From Squalus acanthias (taxonomy: Eukaryota): a DNA stretch of 64,000 nucleotides. Location: positions 139,130,001 through 139,194,000 of the forward strand of contig CM059431.1 in assembly GCA_030390025.1 (NCBI GenBank), in the 5' to 3' direction. The notes under the pieces are model-generated. The model was not told the DNA's origin. It saw only the letters and a program-made list of their open reading frames with translations, and searched no databases. Positions 12,058-25,300 of this stretch are shown one piece after another. A program made the translations under genes and the position numbers. Positions within the stretch are counted from its first letter, which is position 1. Each line of letters starts with the position of its first letter.

Positions 12058-13130
12058 CCTAAAGCTGACCCCGATCAAAGGGGCAGAAAACACTAAATAT
12101 AAAGGATGAGCTCACAAATATCAGGCGCAGTGCGGGTCTGGTCAACGTCAACCTCCTCCTTTCTCATTCAATACAGGAAGAAAAGGCTCAACGCGATTCA
12201 GACGGCAGAAAGATTCATAAATAGAACAAAGAAAGACGCAAATACAAGTAACACCCACTTTCCAAACATTTTCACTGTAAAATTATTTCACTTTATTTAA
12301 AAGGTTACTGCTATTAACTTGAAAATGAGCACCGAAGAAAACGAAATTACTTGCACTTATGTCTCACCTTTCACCCTCTCATGACGACTCAACGCGCTTA
12401 ACAGCCAATGAAGTGCTTTTGAAGTGTAGTCACTGTTGTAATGTAGGAAACGCGGCAGCCAAATTACACAAAGCAAGTTCCCCCAATCAGCAATGTGATA
12501 ATGACCAGATAATCTGTTTCTCTGATGTTGATTGAGGGATAAATATTGGCCAGGACACCGGGGATAACTCCCCCGCTCCTCTTCACAATAGTGCCTTGGG
12601 ACCTTTTACGTCCACAAGAGAGCAGACGGGGCCTGTGTTTAAAATCTCATCCGAAAGACATCACCTGCGACAGTGCAGCTTTCCCTCAGTACTGCACTGG
12701 AGTGTCAGCCTAGATTTCCGTGCTTAAGTCTCTGCAATGAGACTGAAAGCACTGCCTTCTGACTAAGAGGTAAGGAATGCTGTCAACTGACACGGGGTTT
12801 GCGTTCAATGGTGACTTGATTTCCAAATGTTTGTCCATCAGGATGGCAATTCGATTTGTATTGGATATTGAAGATATTCGAATTTCAAGATGAGGGCACA
12901 AGGTGCCACCTTTAAAGCCACCGACTTGTATAATGGCAGATAAAGTTTCTTCCAACACCTGTGCTACCAGAGACCTTCAATGCTTTTCAACAGGTAGATT
13001 GTTGATGCTGGTAATTCGCATCCTATGGAGAATGGGAGAGGAGAATGCAAACATGGTACATGGACATGATATAATGTGCGGAATGGGATCACAGAAATAC
13101 TCCCACTTCATTGAAAGTTATCGACCAGTA
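12058..13130. repeat. Local duplication copy A (paralog of 16917-17465), carrying a SINE insertion
   Basis: agctgaccccgatcaaaggggc...tcaggcgcagtgcgggtctggtcaacgtc and downstream blocks are shared with 16917 onward. Confidence 0.85.
12334..12790 (-). mobile_element. tRNA-derived SINE, DeuSINE/SacSINE1-like
   Basis: gaagtgtagtcactgttgtaatgtaggaaacgcggcagcc...cagtactgcactggagtgtcagcctagat; absent from the paralogous copy. Confidence 0.7.
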
Positions 13131-13199
13131 TTCTATGTAAGCGTTTGCCCACAATGATAGAGTGAATGCATTGATTGCCCACTTTCAATTTAATTGAAG

Positions 13200-13765
13200 T
13201 TATGTTGAAGTCGAAAAGAACCTTGGTTAGACCACATTTGCAGTACTGTGAACGTCCAGGTATCCATGTTATAAAAAATATATAGAGACACTTCAGAAGA
13301 TTCAAAAAATATCACTAGAATGATACCAAGAACTGAGAGGTTATTCCGAACAGGAAAGATTGAACAGACTGCGGATCTTTTCTCTAGAAAATAGAAGACT
13401 AAGGGGTGACCAGATAGAAGACTTTAAGATTATGAAAGCGTTTGATAGGGTAGACGTAGAGAAGATGTTCCCACTTGCGGGAGAAACCAGAACTAGGGGC
13501 CATAATTCTAACATAGTCACTAATAAATTAATTAGGAAATTCAGGAGAAACTACTTTTGCCCGAGTATGGTTACAATGTCATACTCGCTGCCACAGCATT
13601 AATTGAGGCGAATAGAATAGATGCATTTAAAGGTAATCTAGATAAACACTTGAGGAAGGAATAAAAGTATATGTTGATTGAGTGAGATGAAGGAGGGTGG
13701 GAGGAGGCTCATGAGGAGACTGAAAACACGGGATGGACCTGTTGGGCTGAATATCCTGTTTTTCA
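13200..13765 (+). mobile_element. Degenerate CR1 3' fragment
   Basis: FSLENRRLRGDQIEDFKIMK...TRTRGH. Confidence 0.8.
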
Positions 13766-14354
13766 TCTACTTGTGCTACTTTTAAGTGGTTCCGAGCATC
13801 AACTGCCCACATGTTTACCGCTGGTTCGCTGCTGGCTTAGACCAATTTCACTCAACGATCTTCTGACGCGGAGATGAGAGTGCTGGAACTGAGTCAAAGC
13901 CAGTCTGAACCAAACCTCTCTTCCGGTTGTGTGGGTTTTTAGCTATTTCCCTATTTTCTTCTATTCCAACTTGTGAAAGTGCTGACGCTCAATTGTTGAA
14001 TAAAATGATCACAAATCTTCAATGAAAGTTTCACAGTTTCTTCACCCATTTTTCCCAAATATTGTTCTAAGTGCCATAAAAATATAAAATCCGCTTTTCT
14101 ATTAAGGAAAATTCAAATCAAAGTTCATCTCTCTTGATTAATCGAATTACATTCCAGGTGGAGTGTGTCTATATCAATGTGTTGGTTGAAGGCTTGTTCG
14201 TGAGGAAGATTATTTAAGCTTTTGTGGCACTGACACTTAACATTTAAATTTCAGTAATATTGGCCACATGCAGTTGGTGTAAGGAACGTGGGCGCCGAGT
14301 GATTCAGCGATGGATTATTAAAAAATTGTGTGATGCTCGCGTAGATTTGAATTT

Positions 14355-14848
14355 CACCCTTTCTCGAATCAAGTCCCGTTCACCCATCACCACTCTGCTC
14401 GCTGACCTACAGTAGCTCCCGCTTAAGCAAAGCCTCGATATTAAAATTCTGTTCCTTGTTATCAAATCCCTCCATGGCCTCGCTTTTCCCGATCTCTGTA
14501 ATATCGTCCAGTCCTAAACCCTCCGAGATTTCTGCGCTCCTGCAATTCTGGCCTCTTGTGCATCCCCGATTTTAATCGCTCCACCATTGGTGGATTTGCC
14601 TTCATTTTGCCAATGGCCTAAGCTTCGGTTTTCCCATCCTAAGCCTCTCCACCTCTCTATCTCTCTTTCCTCGTTTAAGATGCACCTTAAAACCTTCCTC
14701 TTTGACCAAAATTTTGTTCTTCTGCCCTAATATCTCCTTACGTGGTTCGGTTTCAAACTGTAATTGATAATCGATCATGTAAAGCGCTTTGGGACGTTTT
14801 ATTGCGTTAAAGGCTCTTTGCGAATGCAAGTTGTATGTTGTTGTTATT
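14355..14848 (+). mobile_element. L2-like LINE 3' end
   Basis: Remnant of the HITP-L-LHWLP type (cccatcaccactctgctcgctgacctacagtagctccc); ends aaagcgctttgggacgtttt...gcaagttgt(tgt)n. Confidence 0.65.
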
Positions 14849-15209
14849 AGGAATACAGGAGGAGGCCATTCAGCCCCTCGAACTTTTCCACCATTGAATT
14901 AGATCAGGGCTGATCTGTACCTAAACTCCATCCACCCACCTAGGTTGTGTTATCATGTTTGTCCTTTCTCTTATTCCTGATATTTACAATTTTAGACACT
15001 GATTGATTTTGTTGAAATTCTGCATCGTCTCGATTATTACCGAAAATCCCATCGAGCTGTAGAATGGTTTCTCCCAGTTGCGCTTCCAGTGTCCTGGATG
15101 GTGTGAGTGTTCCAGAGTGTGAGGCCACGGTTGCTGCCATTGAGACAACGATAGGAACATGGGAGAGGTGGGAAACCGTTGGTAGAGGCTGCTGTCCAGG
15201 ATCGGACAC

Positions 15210-15665
15210 AGAATCATAGAATCACACAGCACTGTAGGAGGCCATTGGGCCCACCGTGCCTGTGCCGGCTCTTTGAAAGAGAGATCCAATTATCTCCACT
15301 CTCCTGCTCTTTCCCCATAGCCCTGCAATGCTTTTAATTTTAACTTACATTTTTAAAGTAACTATTGAATCTGCTTTCCCAGCAATCTCACGCAGTGCAC
15401 GCACTCTCACACAGATCGTAACAACTCGCTGAGTAAATAACAATCTCCTCACATCACTTTACCAATTATCTGAAATTAGTGTCCTTTGGTTACCGACCCG
15501 CTTGTCAGTGAAAACAGTTTCACCCTCTCTGCTCTATTACCACCCCCAACCCCCACGGCCATAATTTTGAACACATTTATTAAATCTCCGATAACCCTGC
15601 TTTGCTCTAAGGAGAACAATTCCAGCTTCTATAGTCTCTCCACATAACTGAATTCCCTTATCACT
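15210..15665 (-). mobile_element. CR1 3' fragment
   Basis: agaatcatagaatc tail; tgccggctctttgaaagag...attgaatctgc. Confidence 0.75.
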
Positions 15666-16214
15666 GGACATGATGCAAAGCGACGAAGTTTGGAAAATAT
15701 TGTCAGTTAGGAGCGGGAAAATCGAAAGAATCCAAAAAAAAATACATTCGCCAGCTTTGTGAATCTCTAGATCCGCTTCAGGACAAGGAATCAGAGGAGA
15801 ATGAAGAGCGAACCGCCCGCTTGACACCGCTCCCTGGTTTAAGACGCTGGGACATTTTATCTGATGGTATCGGTGACATTAACTGCTCTGAGGCATTTAA
15901 ATGATTCTCGTGACTGCAGATCAGGAAATCAAACGCAACATTTGGTTCGGGACATTCAGAGTAATTCGGAACAAACAAGGCACCGAAAGGCTGGAAGGGA
16001 GACCGCACCGGTTGCAGGAGAGCTGGTTCGCGGTGACATGGGTGTGTCTGCAGTGTGCGGACCAGATCGTCTGTGTGTGTTCTCAATGAATGGCCCATTC
16101 TTTAATTTGGAAATGTAAAACTAGGAGTGGGCAATTGCTATTCCGGTCGTAGCAATCTGAAACGTTCACTCCCTGACACCCTGGTTTAGGAAATCTTGCA
16201 ACAAAAGGTCCACC

Positions 16215-16292
16215 GTCTCTGTGGCGCAATCAGTTAGCGCGTTCGGCTGCTTAACCGTAAAGGTTGGTGGCCTTCGAGCCCTCCCAAAGACG
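16215..16292 (+). pseudogene. tRNA-Asn(GTT) pseudogene
   Basis: GTCTCTGTGGCGCAATCAGTTAGCGCGTTCGGCTG(c)TTAACCG(t)AAAGGTTGGTGG(cc)TTCGAGCCCTCCCAAAGACG, then TTTT. Small insertions break the anticodon and T arms. Confidence 0.88.
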
Positions 16293-16916
16293 AATATTTT
16301 AAAAGTTTTATTTCCCTTTATGATTCTTTGTCGCACAGTTCCATGTTGTCAATGTGAGCTTTGGCTGCAGGAAAATATTCCGCACACATTGCCAGCTGTG
16401 CTGTTATCCAGTAAGTTCCCACCCAAATACTTTTATGAGTACTCATTTCAAATCAAATGATAAAAACATATCGAGGATCATGTTCCTCCAACTAACCCAT
16501 TAGAAAAATATTAAGTTATTGGATTCAAATAAACTGATGGAAATTGATTCTGTATCTACATATATCGAACTGGAACTCGTCATCGCACCGTGTGAGGCTA
16601 CATTGAATGTGTGGCTACTGTACAGCTGGTATTCGGGAAAACAATTTGAAACACGCTGGGCCATTTTAGTGATAATTTAGCTGCATCTAATAATTGTATT
16701 TCTTCAATGTAAAACGTTGTAAAACACTGCGGTCTGACAGCAGGCACATGCGAACATGATGCAATATTTGTGTAGGCGTCATGCTCTGGAACTCCCTGCC
16801 TAAACCCGTCCACCTTTAACCCTCATTCACCTCCTTTCAGACCCTCCTTAAAACCGAAGGCTTTGAACAGTTTGGGTCACCCCTCTTAATAGTTCCATAT
16901 TTGTATAATATAATGA

Positions 16917-17465
16917 GCTAAAGCTGACGCCGATCAAAGGGGCATAAAACACTAAATATAAGGATGAGCTCACAAATATCAGGCGCAGTGCGGGTCTGGT
17001 CAACGTCAAACCCCTCCTTTCTCATTCAATAGAGGAAGAAGAGACTCAACGGGAGTCAGACGCCAGCAAGTATAATAAATAGAACAACAAAAGATGCAAA
17101 TACAAGTAACATCTATTTCCAAAACTTATCAATGCACATTTATTTCACTTTATATAAAAGCTGACTGCTATGATTTTGAAAATGAGCACCATGTGGTTTG
17201 TGTTCACTAGTGACTTGAATTCCTGTGCTTGTCCTTCAAGTTTGCAATTCAGTTTGTATTGGATATTGAAGAGACTCGCATTTCAAGATGAGAGGACAAC
17301 GCACCACCTGTAAAGCAACCGACTTGTATAATGACACATGGAGTTTGTCCAACACCTGTGCTACCAGACCCTTTCAGTTGGTAGATTGATGACATAATTT
17401 GCAGAATAGGACAACAAAAATACTTCAACGTCATTGAAAGTTATCGATCATTTTTCTAAGTAAGG
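16917..17465. repeat. Local duplication copy B
   Basis: Matches 12058-12333 plus 12791-13130 with deletions. Confidence 0.85.
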
Positions 17466-17494
17466 GTCCTGTGCACACTGATCAAGTCAACAAC

Positions 17495-17785
17495 ACGTTT
17501 CTCTAGTTTAACCCTATTAATTCCTTTCATAATTCTAAAAACCTCAATGAAATCAGCGCTTAACCTTCTATATTCCAAGGAATACAAGCCTAGTTCATGT
17601 AATCTCGCCTCATAATCTAACCATTGGACCCTGGATACATTCTGGTGGATCTGTGCTGCACTGTTTCCGAGGCCAAAGTCTGTCCTTTCTGTGGTGCGGT
17701 GTCCAGAACTGAACAAAATCTTCCAGAGGTGGTCTAACCAGGACTTTGTACAGCTGTGGCAGCACTTTCTCCCCTTTGTATAACT
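17495..17785 (-). mobile_element. CR1 fragment
   Basis: LYKVLVRPPLEDFVQFW; LGLYSLEYRRL. Confidence 0.75.
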
Positions 17786-18338
17786 GCCTCTGTAACCGAT
17801 TATACAGCTCGTGTGATTGCATTGTATATACCAACTCGGCAAATAAGAACTCGTTTGGCCGGAATAAACTGTTTAAACATTTCGATTTGAAATCACTTCC
17901 ACAAATTCATGTTTTTAAGAAACTGTGTAAAAATCCCGGTATCCAGTTTTAGTGTCATTGGATCAGGAAACTTCGTCAGTCACCACACACTGTGCATCGA
18001 CACTGCAGAGGCTCCAACACCTCTGAGAATATTGTTTTTCCAAACTCTCAGTTTTCAAAATGGTATTGGATAATTACTTGAAAGGGATGAATGTGCAGGG
18101 CTGTGGGGAAAGAGCAGGGGAGTGGAATTCATTGGAGTGCTCTTTCAAAGAGCCGGCACAGGCAGGATGGGTGAATTGCATCATTGTGTGCTGTGTCATT
18201 CTATGATTCTACTAACAGATCAATTTCTGCCATTCTCTACAGCCTTCCTCAATAGAGCACCGAAATTCTATTTCTGCAATAATAATTCCTGAAGTGCTGC
18301 ACGGCTGGTTATGTTCCTAAAATCATTCTTGCTGCCGT

Positions 18339-18411
18339 ATTTCCGTAGTGCAGTGGTTATCATGTTTGCTTAACACAGGAAATATCTCTGTTTCGGAACT
18401 GGACAGAAATA
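18339..18411 (+). pseudogene. tRNA-Val(AAC) pseudogene
   Basis: TTTCCGTAGTGCAGTGGTTATCATGTTTGCTTAACACAGGAAATATCTCTGTTTCGGAACTGGACAGAAATA resembles Val-AAC with many transitions; followed by TTTT. Confidence 0.78.
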
Positions 18412-18584
18412 TTTTGAGAATTTGTTCAACTACATATTAGGAAAATAGAATAATTCACATTTGTGTTTCGATATTAACAAAATACAACATCTGTCAGCTG
18501 TGTTATATTTGCTGTTTCTCAGTTCGGTTCTGTACACATTCAAACTACAGTGTCTCTGTATCTCTGTATGCACTGTCGCTGCAA

Positions 18585-19160
18585 CTATAGAAACCCTGGT
18601 TAGACCATACCTGGAGTACTGTGAGCAGTTCTGGGCAGCACACCTTAGGAAGGATATAATGGCCTGGGAGGGAGTGCAGCGTAGGTTTACCAGAATTATA
18701 CCCGGACTTCAAGGGTTAAGTTACAAGGAGAGATTAAACATATTCACTGGTTGTATTCACTGGAGTTTAGAAGGTTAAGGGGTGACCTGATCGAATTTTT
18801 CAAGATTTTAAGGGGAACAGATAACGTAGATAGCGAGAAACTATTTTTGCTATTTGGGGATTCTAGGAGTAGGGGGCACAATCTAAACATTATAGACAGA
18901 CATTTCAGGAGTGAAATTAGGACACACTTCTACACAGAAAGGGTGGTAGAATTTTGGAACTCTCTTCCGGAAATGGCAATTGATGCTCGATCAATTGTAA
19001 AGTTTAAATCTGAGATTGATAGTTTTTTGTTAACTAAAGGTATGAAGCGATATGAAAGGCGGATGTATAGAGTTAGGTCGCAGATCAGCCTTGATCTCTT
19101 GGAATGGCGGAACAGGCTCAAGGGGCTGAATGGCATCCTCCTGTTCCTATGTTCCGATGC
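18585..19160 (+). mobile_element. CR1 3' fragment
   Basis: LVRPYLEYCEQFW...YSLEFRRLRGDLIE; tail gttcctatgttcc. Confidence 0.88.
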
Positions 19161-19606
19161 TCTCTCACTCGCTGCCGTCAACAGTACTGACGGTGCATGA
19201 AGCCCCTCTCAAAGCTGCACATTCCGGCTGATATCAGTTGAATTTTGAGAGATGATTAAAGGATCCTGCAGCGCTGCCTCGGTCAACAACAGCAGTTCTA
19301 AGCCGCATTTCAAACCCGGGAACAAACCCATCAATTATTCGCTCTTCCCCAGCTCCAGGCTGAGTGAGGCCGGGACAAGCAGCAACATTCCGGTCCCGCA
19401 CTCTCCAATCACCCGCTACCAGCGGAGAGCGGCGGATGCAGCCTCAATCAGCGGGTTACTGCCCATCACTGCAATGCAAGCTGCCACGGCCCGGGCCAAA
19501 TCTCCCCGTACACCCAGCAAAGGCTTCCGAAAAGGCCTACCGATTATATCCCGGTCACTCAGCCTTCTAGCAGCATTTACAGATACCGGATGAGGGAAAC
19601 TTTCTT

Positions 19607-19640
19607 TGGTCCTCAATGGGGAAACACCGGGCGGAAACAA
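19607..19640 (+). pseudogene. tRNA-Val 3'-end remnant
   Basis: accgggcggaaaca matches the 3' terminus of Val tRNA and lies downstream of a CpG-rich stretch. Confidence 0.4.
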
Positions 19641-19974
19641 TTTGTGGGAACTTGCTCCTCATGAACGTTTCTTCTCGTGTGAAAGGGGCTACAATCCTTT
19701 TAAATTTAACAACGGCTGCAGCGGATTCCAGGTTTCATACTCACTGAATATTTTAAACCAAACTCTTAAAATACAGTGCGCAAAACGGGAAGGTTCAATG
19801 TTCAGGACATGCAGAGCAGAAAAGCTATTTCATTTTCACTGTCACTCGTCAAACATATGAGCATTTCGTTCAGTCTGCAAAAAAATGATGGGACATTAAC
19901 ATAATTATTCACGGTCTCACAGAGAGGCTCAGGATAATGCGGGCACCTTAAAAACAGACGCAGGCGACATTGTA

Positions 19975-20545
19975 ATTGAAAATAAAGAAATGGCAGACAT
20001 GTTAAACAATTGCATTGCATCGGTCTTCTAAGTAGAGGAAAGGAAAAACTAATAGAGACATGGAGAATACGAAAACTAAAACACCCGGAGGGATATACTA
20101 GATTTAATATAACGACATCCAGCAGGCATTTGATAAGGTTCCTCAAAAGAGACTGTTAGCAAAAACCAAAGCGCGTGGAATTTGAGGCAACGTATTGACA
20201 CGGGTAGGAAATTGGCTAGGAGGTAGGAGACACAGAGTATGGATAATGGTTATGTGCTTCAATTGGCAGGATGTGACTCGTGGTGTCCCCTGGGATCTGT
20301 ACTGCGACCTCAGATTTTCACTATATTGATAAATGACTTAGATGAAGGAATAGAGAACCGGATTTCCAAGTTTACTGATGGCACTAAGTTGGGAGCACAG
20401 TAAGCAGTGTAGGTGGGAGCAGTGAATTGTAAAAGGACACTGATACGTTATGTGAGTGGGAAATCTATGATTAATGGTTTTCAATGTGGGGAAGTGTCTG
20501 ATCATCCACTTTGAACCACAGAAAGATAAGTCAGTGGTTTTTCCA
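19975..20545 (+). mobile_element. Highly degenerate CR1 RT fragment
   Basis: aataaagaaatggcagac, gcatttgataaggttcc, ggtgtcccc.tgggatctgtact and tccaagtttactgatggcactaag. Confidence 0.7.
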
Positions 20546-20672
20546 AAAACATTGTGTTAGAGAATGATTTTTTCTGAGGACAGTGGAATATGGCAACTGA
20601 TATTAGAAAAAGCGACCCCCCTTTGCGATTGGTTGGGCCGGCCCACATGATCCCAGGGTCGGTTATGAACCG

Positions 20673-21346
20673 AAATAACAACAGAAAACGCTGGAAAAAC
20701 TCAGCAGGCCAGGCAGCATCCGTGGAGAGAGAAAGAGAGTTAACGTTTCAGGTCGATAACCTTTCATCAGAACTGGGAAGAGCCGGAAATCAAATAGATT
20801 TAAGGCCAGGGTAAAGCTGGGAAAAGGGGGAATCCACGGAAGCGCAGCGTAAGCTCGAGGAACAGCACCTCATCTTTCGTTTAGGCACGCTACAGCCCTC
20901 TGGACTCAATATCGAGTTCAACAATTTTAGATCATAACCTCAGCTCCAATCACATTTATATTTTATTTTTATTTGTCCCCCCCCCCACCTTTTTTTTTCC
21001 TCCTAGAAGCTGGCAGCTGTCCTTCATTCTGCCAGTGGATTTCACACTTCATTCAGCCTTAATCTGTCACATTAACACCACCTCTAGCCTTGCATATCTC
21101 TTAATGTCTCTTAATGTCTCTTCATCTCCCCGTTTGTTCCTTTATCCCCTCCCCCTTTTCCCAGCTTTACCCTGGCCTTAAATCTGTTTGATTTCCGGCT
21201 CTTCCCAGTTCTGATGAAAGGTCATCGACCTGAAACGTTAACTCTCTTTCTCTCTCCACGGATGCTGCCTGGCCTGCTGAGTTTTTCCAGCGTTTTCTGT
21301 TGTTATTTCGGATTTCCAGCATCCGCAGTATTTTGCTATCGTATTA
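20673..21346 (+). mobile_element. 5'-truncated Penelope-like element with inverted terminal repeat, GIY-YIG C-terminus and 13-bp TSD
   Basis: 20673-20831 is an inverted copy of ~21151-21308. 20839-20937 encodes EAQRKLEEQHLIFRLGTLQPSGLNIEFNNFRS*. cggttatgaaccg at 20660-20672 and 21347-21359. Confidence 0.88.
21207..21243 (+). ncRNA. Minimal hammerhead ribozyme motif (inverted copy at ~20738-20774)
   Basis: agtt-CTGATGA-a-aggtc-atc-gacct-GAAA-cg-TT-aact; palindromic ACGT stem III. Confidence 0.7.
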
Positions 21347-21974
21347 CGGTTATGAACCGCATGTGCTCCTGGGATATGTGGGACTTTACTCAGGCGTAGG
21401 CCTGCAGCCCCAGGAGCGCGAGTCTTCGAAGGTACGGAGGCACCAGGAAGTTGCGAACTTTACTGGCGGTTTGGACCTCATTAAATCCAATGGGATCTGC
21501 GGGCCACACACAGCGTTTATTTTTTAGCGACTTTGTAGTGAATTAGAATGATTGTAATTGAGATTTCATAGTGAAATTTTAGTTACAGGACAAGTCTGCT
21601 TTGGATGATATAGAGGCCGAAGACATAGGCTGTTAGATTCTGAATTAAAATATAATGTAAACCACTGAAACTGTTGAATTGTAGTTGACCCCAACACCAG
21701 CAGTTTAATTGTACTTTTCGTATTAACAATCCTATGACAAACATATAAAGGTTACAGGAATATCCGGGACCTGAATGTAAGCGAAACACTGTTCTTAATC
21801 CACTAAGATAAGGTGGACCATGATGAGCTGTTTCACCTTGTCCACAACAGGAGAACCAGAGGACACGGCCTGAGATTGAAGAAGTAAATTCAAAACGAAT
21901 CTCTGGAAACATTATTTCAGTGAGCGACTGTCTATCTATGGAACAGGCTTCCTTCCTAATCTTCATATTAAAAC

Positions 21975-22640
21975 TATAGAACAGGGGAGTTCAGGGGAAC
22001 ACGGGCAGCAAAATTAGAATTGGAATAAAGGAGAATTCAGGGGAACACTGTAAATGTTTAATTAGAAATGGAGAAAAGGAAAATTAAGTGCAATAAATTA
22101 ACTGCTAATTAGAAATAGACTAAAGGAAATATAGAGAACACAGTGATGGTTTAATTAGAAATAGAGCACAGTGGAATATGGTAACTGATATTAGAAATAG
22201 GGACCAGCGGAACACAATAACACTTCATTTAGAAGTAGGGGACAGGGGAAGATAGTAACTGTTCAATTAGAAATAGAGGACAAGGACATTCAGGGTAATC
22301 AACGAACAGTCTAATTAGAAATAGAATTAAATGAGACATGGGGTAACACAGTAACTGTTTATTTAGAAATAGGGGACTGGGGAGACAGTAACTCTTTATT
22401 TAGAAATAGAGGAGACGGGAATGTCAGGGAAACACATTAACTGTTTAATTAGAAATTGGGGCGCAAGAACATAGTACCCATGTATATAGCATTACTTGAC
22501 AGGGGACCACAGTTACTGTTTAATAACAAATAGAGGGCAAGCAATGTCGAGGAAACACAATAACTGTTTAATTAGAAATAGAGAAACTCAAAGGGAGTAT
22601 CAAAACATTTTAAATAGAAACAGGGGACGGGGAAACACAA
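21975..22640. repeat. Degenerate copy of the 48-bp satellite
   Basis: Recurring aattagaaatagaggacagggg...gaacacagtaactgttt; same family as 52225-53900. Confidence 0.8.
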
Positions 22641-25300
22641 CCACATCAGATTGAATGTGACACGGTAATGTAATGGTTAATTATTCATGCCTTTGCTTTC
22701 CATATTACCTGTTGAGTTCGGATGATGTGGTTGATTGCAGGTCGCGCTCTCAGGATTGTAGCTGGGTTCAGAACATCGCTGACTAATGGAATTAAAACCT
22801 CCGCCTACTGCCTGACTCTTGCCTTAAATATTGTGGGTCGTCTGAATCGAGATAAATGAGAATGTGATTCTTGCACAGAACTGTCCGCATCTAATGAGCA
22901 ATTTCCCCAGAAGTTGGATGCCATCCGGATTGGCAGAGCCCGAGGACCTGCAATCAATTGTATTTTGGCTTTTGGATAACGTCAGGGTCAAGAAGAACGT
23001 TAAAGAGTTAATCACAGTAAGTAAATGGAGCCCATTCACAATTAAAGTACAAAGGCTTTTATTAGCGTAAGATTTTCAATAAGGCTCTTGAACATTGGAG
23101 TGAAGTGCCATAGATTTATTAAGCACATAATACACGCAATTTTATTTAAGTATACATTTAAAAGGTAGAAATTAGACCCACACCTGATATTGATTGGGTG
23201 GAGACCCAAACTTGTCACAGATCTGAGTTGCTTAGGCCTTTAGCAAAACAATATTCATTTAAACTGCCAGTTTTCATGCATTTTACTCATTCCCTGTACT
23301 TGACAATCCACACAATCCTGCATTACAAGAGTATATCAAATTTAAAAAAAAATCCATATAAAGATAAATTAATTGAGATATATGATCGATAGTTTCACTC
23401 TTGATTCATATAAATGCAATTGTACCAAATGAATCATTTAGTAATAAGTCCGTCTTTGTTTCTGTATCTACTGTACTAATTCAAAATGATGATGGATGCC
23501 CGGATGTTTTGCTTTGCAGTACTGTCTTCCCACACTGTTACTAAATGATTAAAGTTCCCTGAAATTGATGAATCTTTTTGCAATGTCATGAGTTTAATTA
23601 AATCGCTTATGACTTCATCCTGAAACTGACCGTCGCTGCAGCGTCAGCGCTGGCCCAGCAGCCAATGGTACTTTAATTAGATTTATATGTCCCTGCATAA
23701 CAGGAAAAGGCTAAAGGTTTACATTGCTACAATAAAAAGACAAACCAATACAGTATAGCTTTAGAAGAATGTCGGGTGGTTTGATTAACCATTTCCTTAC
23801 ATTGCATCCTTTGTTGGCGTTAGAATATTTATGGTCAATACTAAGCAATTTTTCATCAGCATCATATATCTATCTCGACCTATTCTATGGCACAGGTCTC
23901 TGCACCTGGATTTTACATATGTTCTCACTCTCCAGAACCAGATTAAACATTTCATGCAGTGGTGTTATCAGTGTGACTGACCATGTCTTGGAACCTATTC
24001 TTCATCAAGTATTTCACAGGCTTGTTGCTTTATGTACGATATGTCACTTCTGCACACACAGCGATTCCAAAGACTATGCCGCGCGAGCCATCCGATACAA
24101 GCCATCCCTCTCCTTTTTGGTTATCATATAGAACGACCAGGGGCATGGAGGTGTTTGATTAGAATCTCCCCCTGCATGGTCCTGATGTTTTTGGATTGTG
24201 GCCAAGCTATCAAATACAAACTTCTCATCGTTCAGTATAAAAAGGGACACAGCCATTTCCAAGAAAAAGTTATCAATTATCCATCTTAACTAAACTTACC
24301 TGACTTTCACTAGATTGTGCTTTGACAGCAGATTGATATATTTTGTCAAGTGGTACCCAGGTGATTTAAGTTAAGAAGGGACTTGGCAGTATAGATAGAA
24401 GCAAACTGCTTCCATTAGTTGAGGGATCAAGGGCTAACGGCCAGAGATACATATATGTTAGAGATTTAGAACGAAAGTAAGTAGGAGCCACTTCACATGG
24501 AGAGTTGTGAGACTGGAAATAACGGAGGCAGAAATTGTCATGTATTGAAGATTAAATTATATACATGGATGAATAACAATAGGTTGAATTGATGTTGAAA
24601 CCGGGCGGGTAAAGTCGATGGAACTAATTACTGGGGTGGAGTGAAAACGCCAACAAGGACTGATTGGGTCGAATGGACTGTCCCCTGTTTAACATTCCAA
24701 CATTTTGATGACCAGGTGAGATTTTCAGTAAATATCTGTGAACAAAGATGTCTAATGTCACATTGACGAGTCAAGTTCCTACTGTCTCCATCTTCTATGT
24801 ATATGTATTAGACACTGATCAGGAGACAGGGCCCCGTTCTATTGGTCCAGGAGATACTGGGCGGCGGAGTCTGATGGGGAGACCAGCCCCTGCAACATTC
24901 ACACCAAGATTACAGAATTACAGGTAACCACCATTGTAACACATTGTTTCTACACTGAAGGAAAAATTACCTGTTAATTAAACTGGGGCGTCTCATTCCA
25001 GTACCTGCGGTGTGAGGCAGTTAATGCTATGCCCACATGTTCTACTTCACTGCTGAAGCTCAGTCATGACTGTTCTCTTTGAATCTTGAGCGGGAAGAGC
25101 GCTGTTTTAGAAAAAAATCGATTCTGTTCACCCGGGGAAAGCAGCAGAGATCAAACACACGGCAGAATGTCACGGAAATTTGTTCTGATACCTGTTTACT
25201 TTAACAACAGCAAACCCTTTCCCTCCTAACAGAAGACGGCCGTTCTAAAAGGGAATTTTAATTTAACTCTAGTTTGGACAGGAAGTTTCCGGGTATTTTT

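Noticed and set aside
14984..15209. Possible C2H2 zinc-finger remnant (WEKPFYSS)
   Set aside because: Only a linker-like word; no Cys/His spacing.
15778..16118. Overlapping short ORFs in a GC-richer segment
   Set aside because: No recognisable domain or splice structure; probably tRNA-cluster flank.
19252..19640. CpG-rich segment with ORFs on both strands
   Set aside because: No recognisable protein motif; open frames are explained by GC content.
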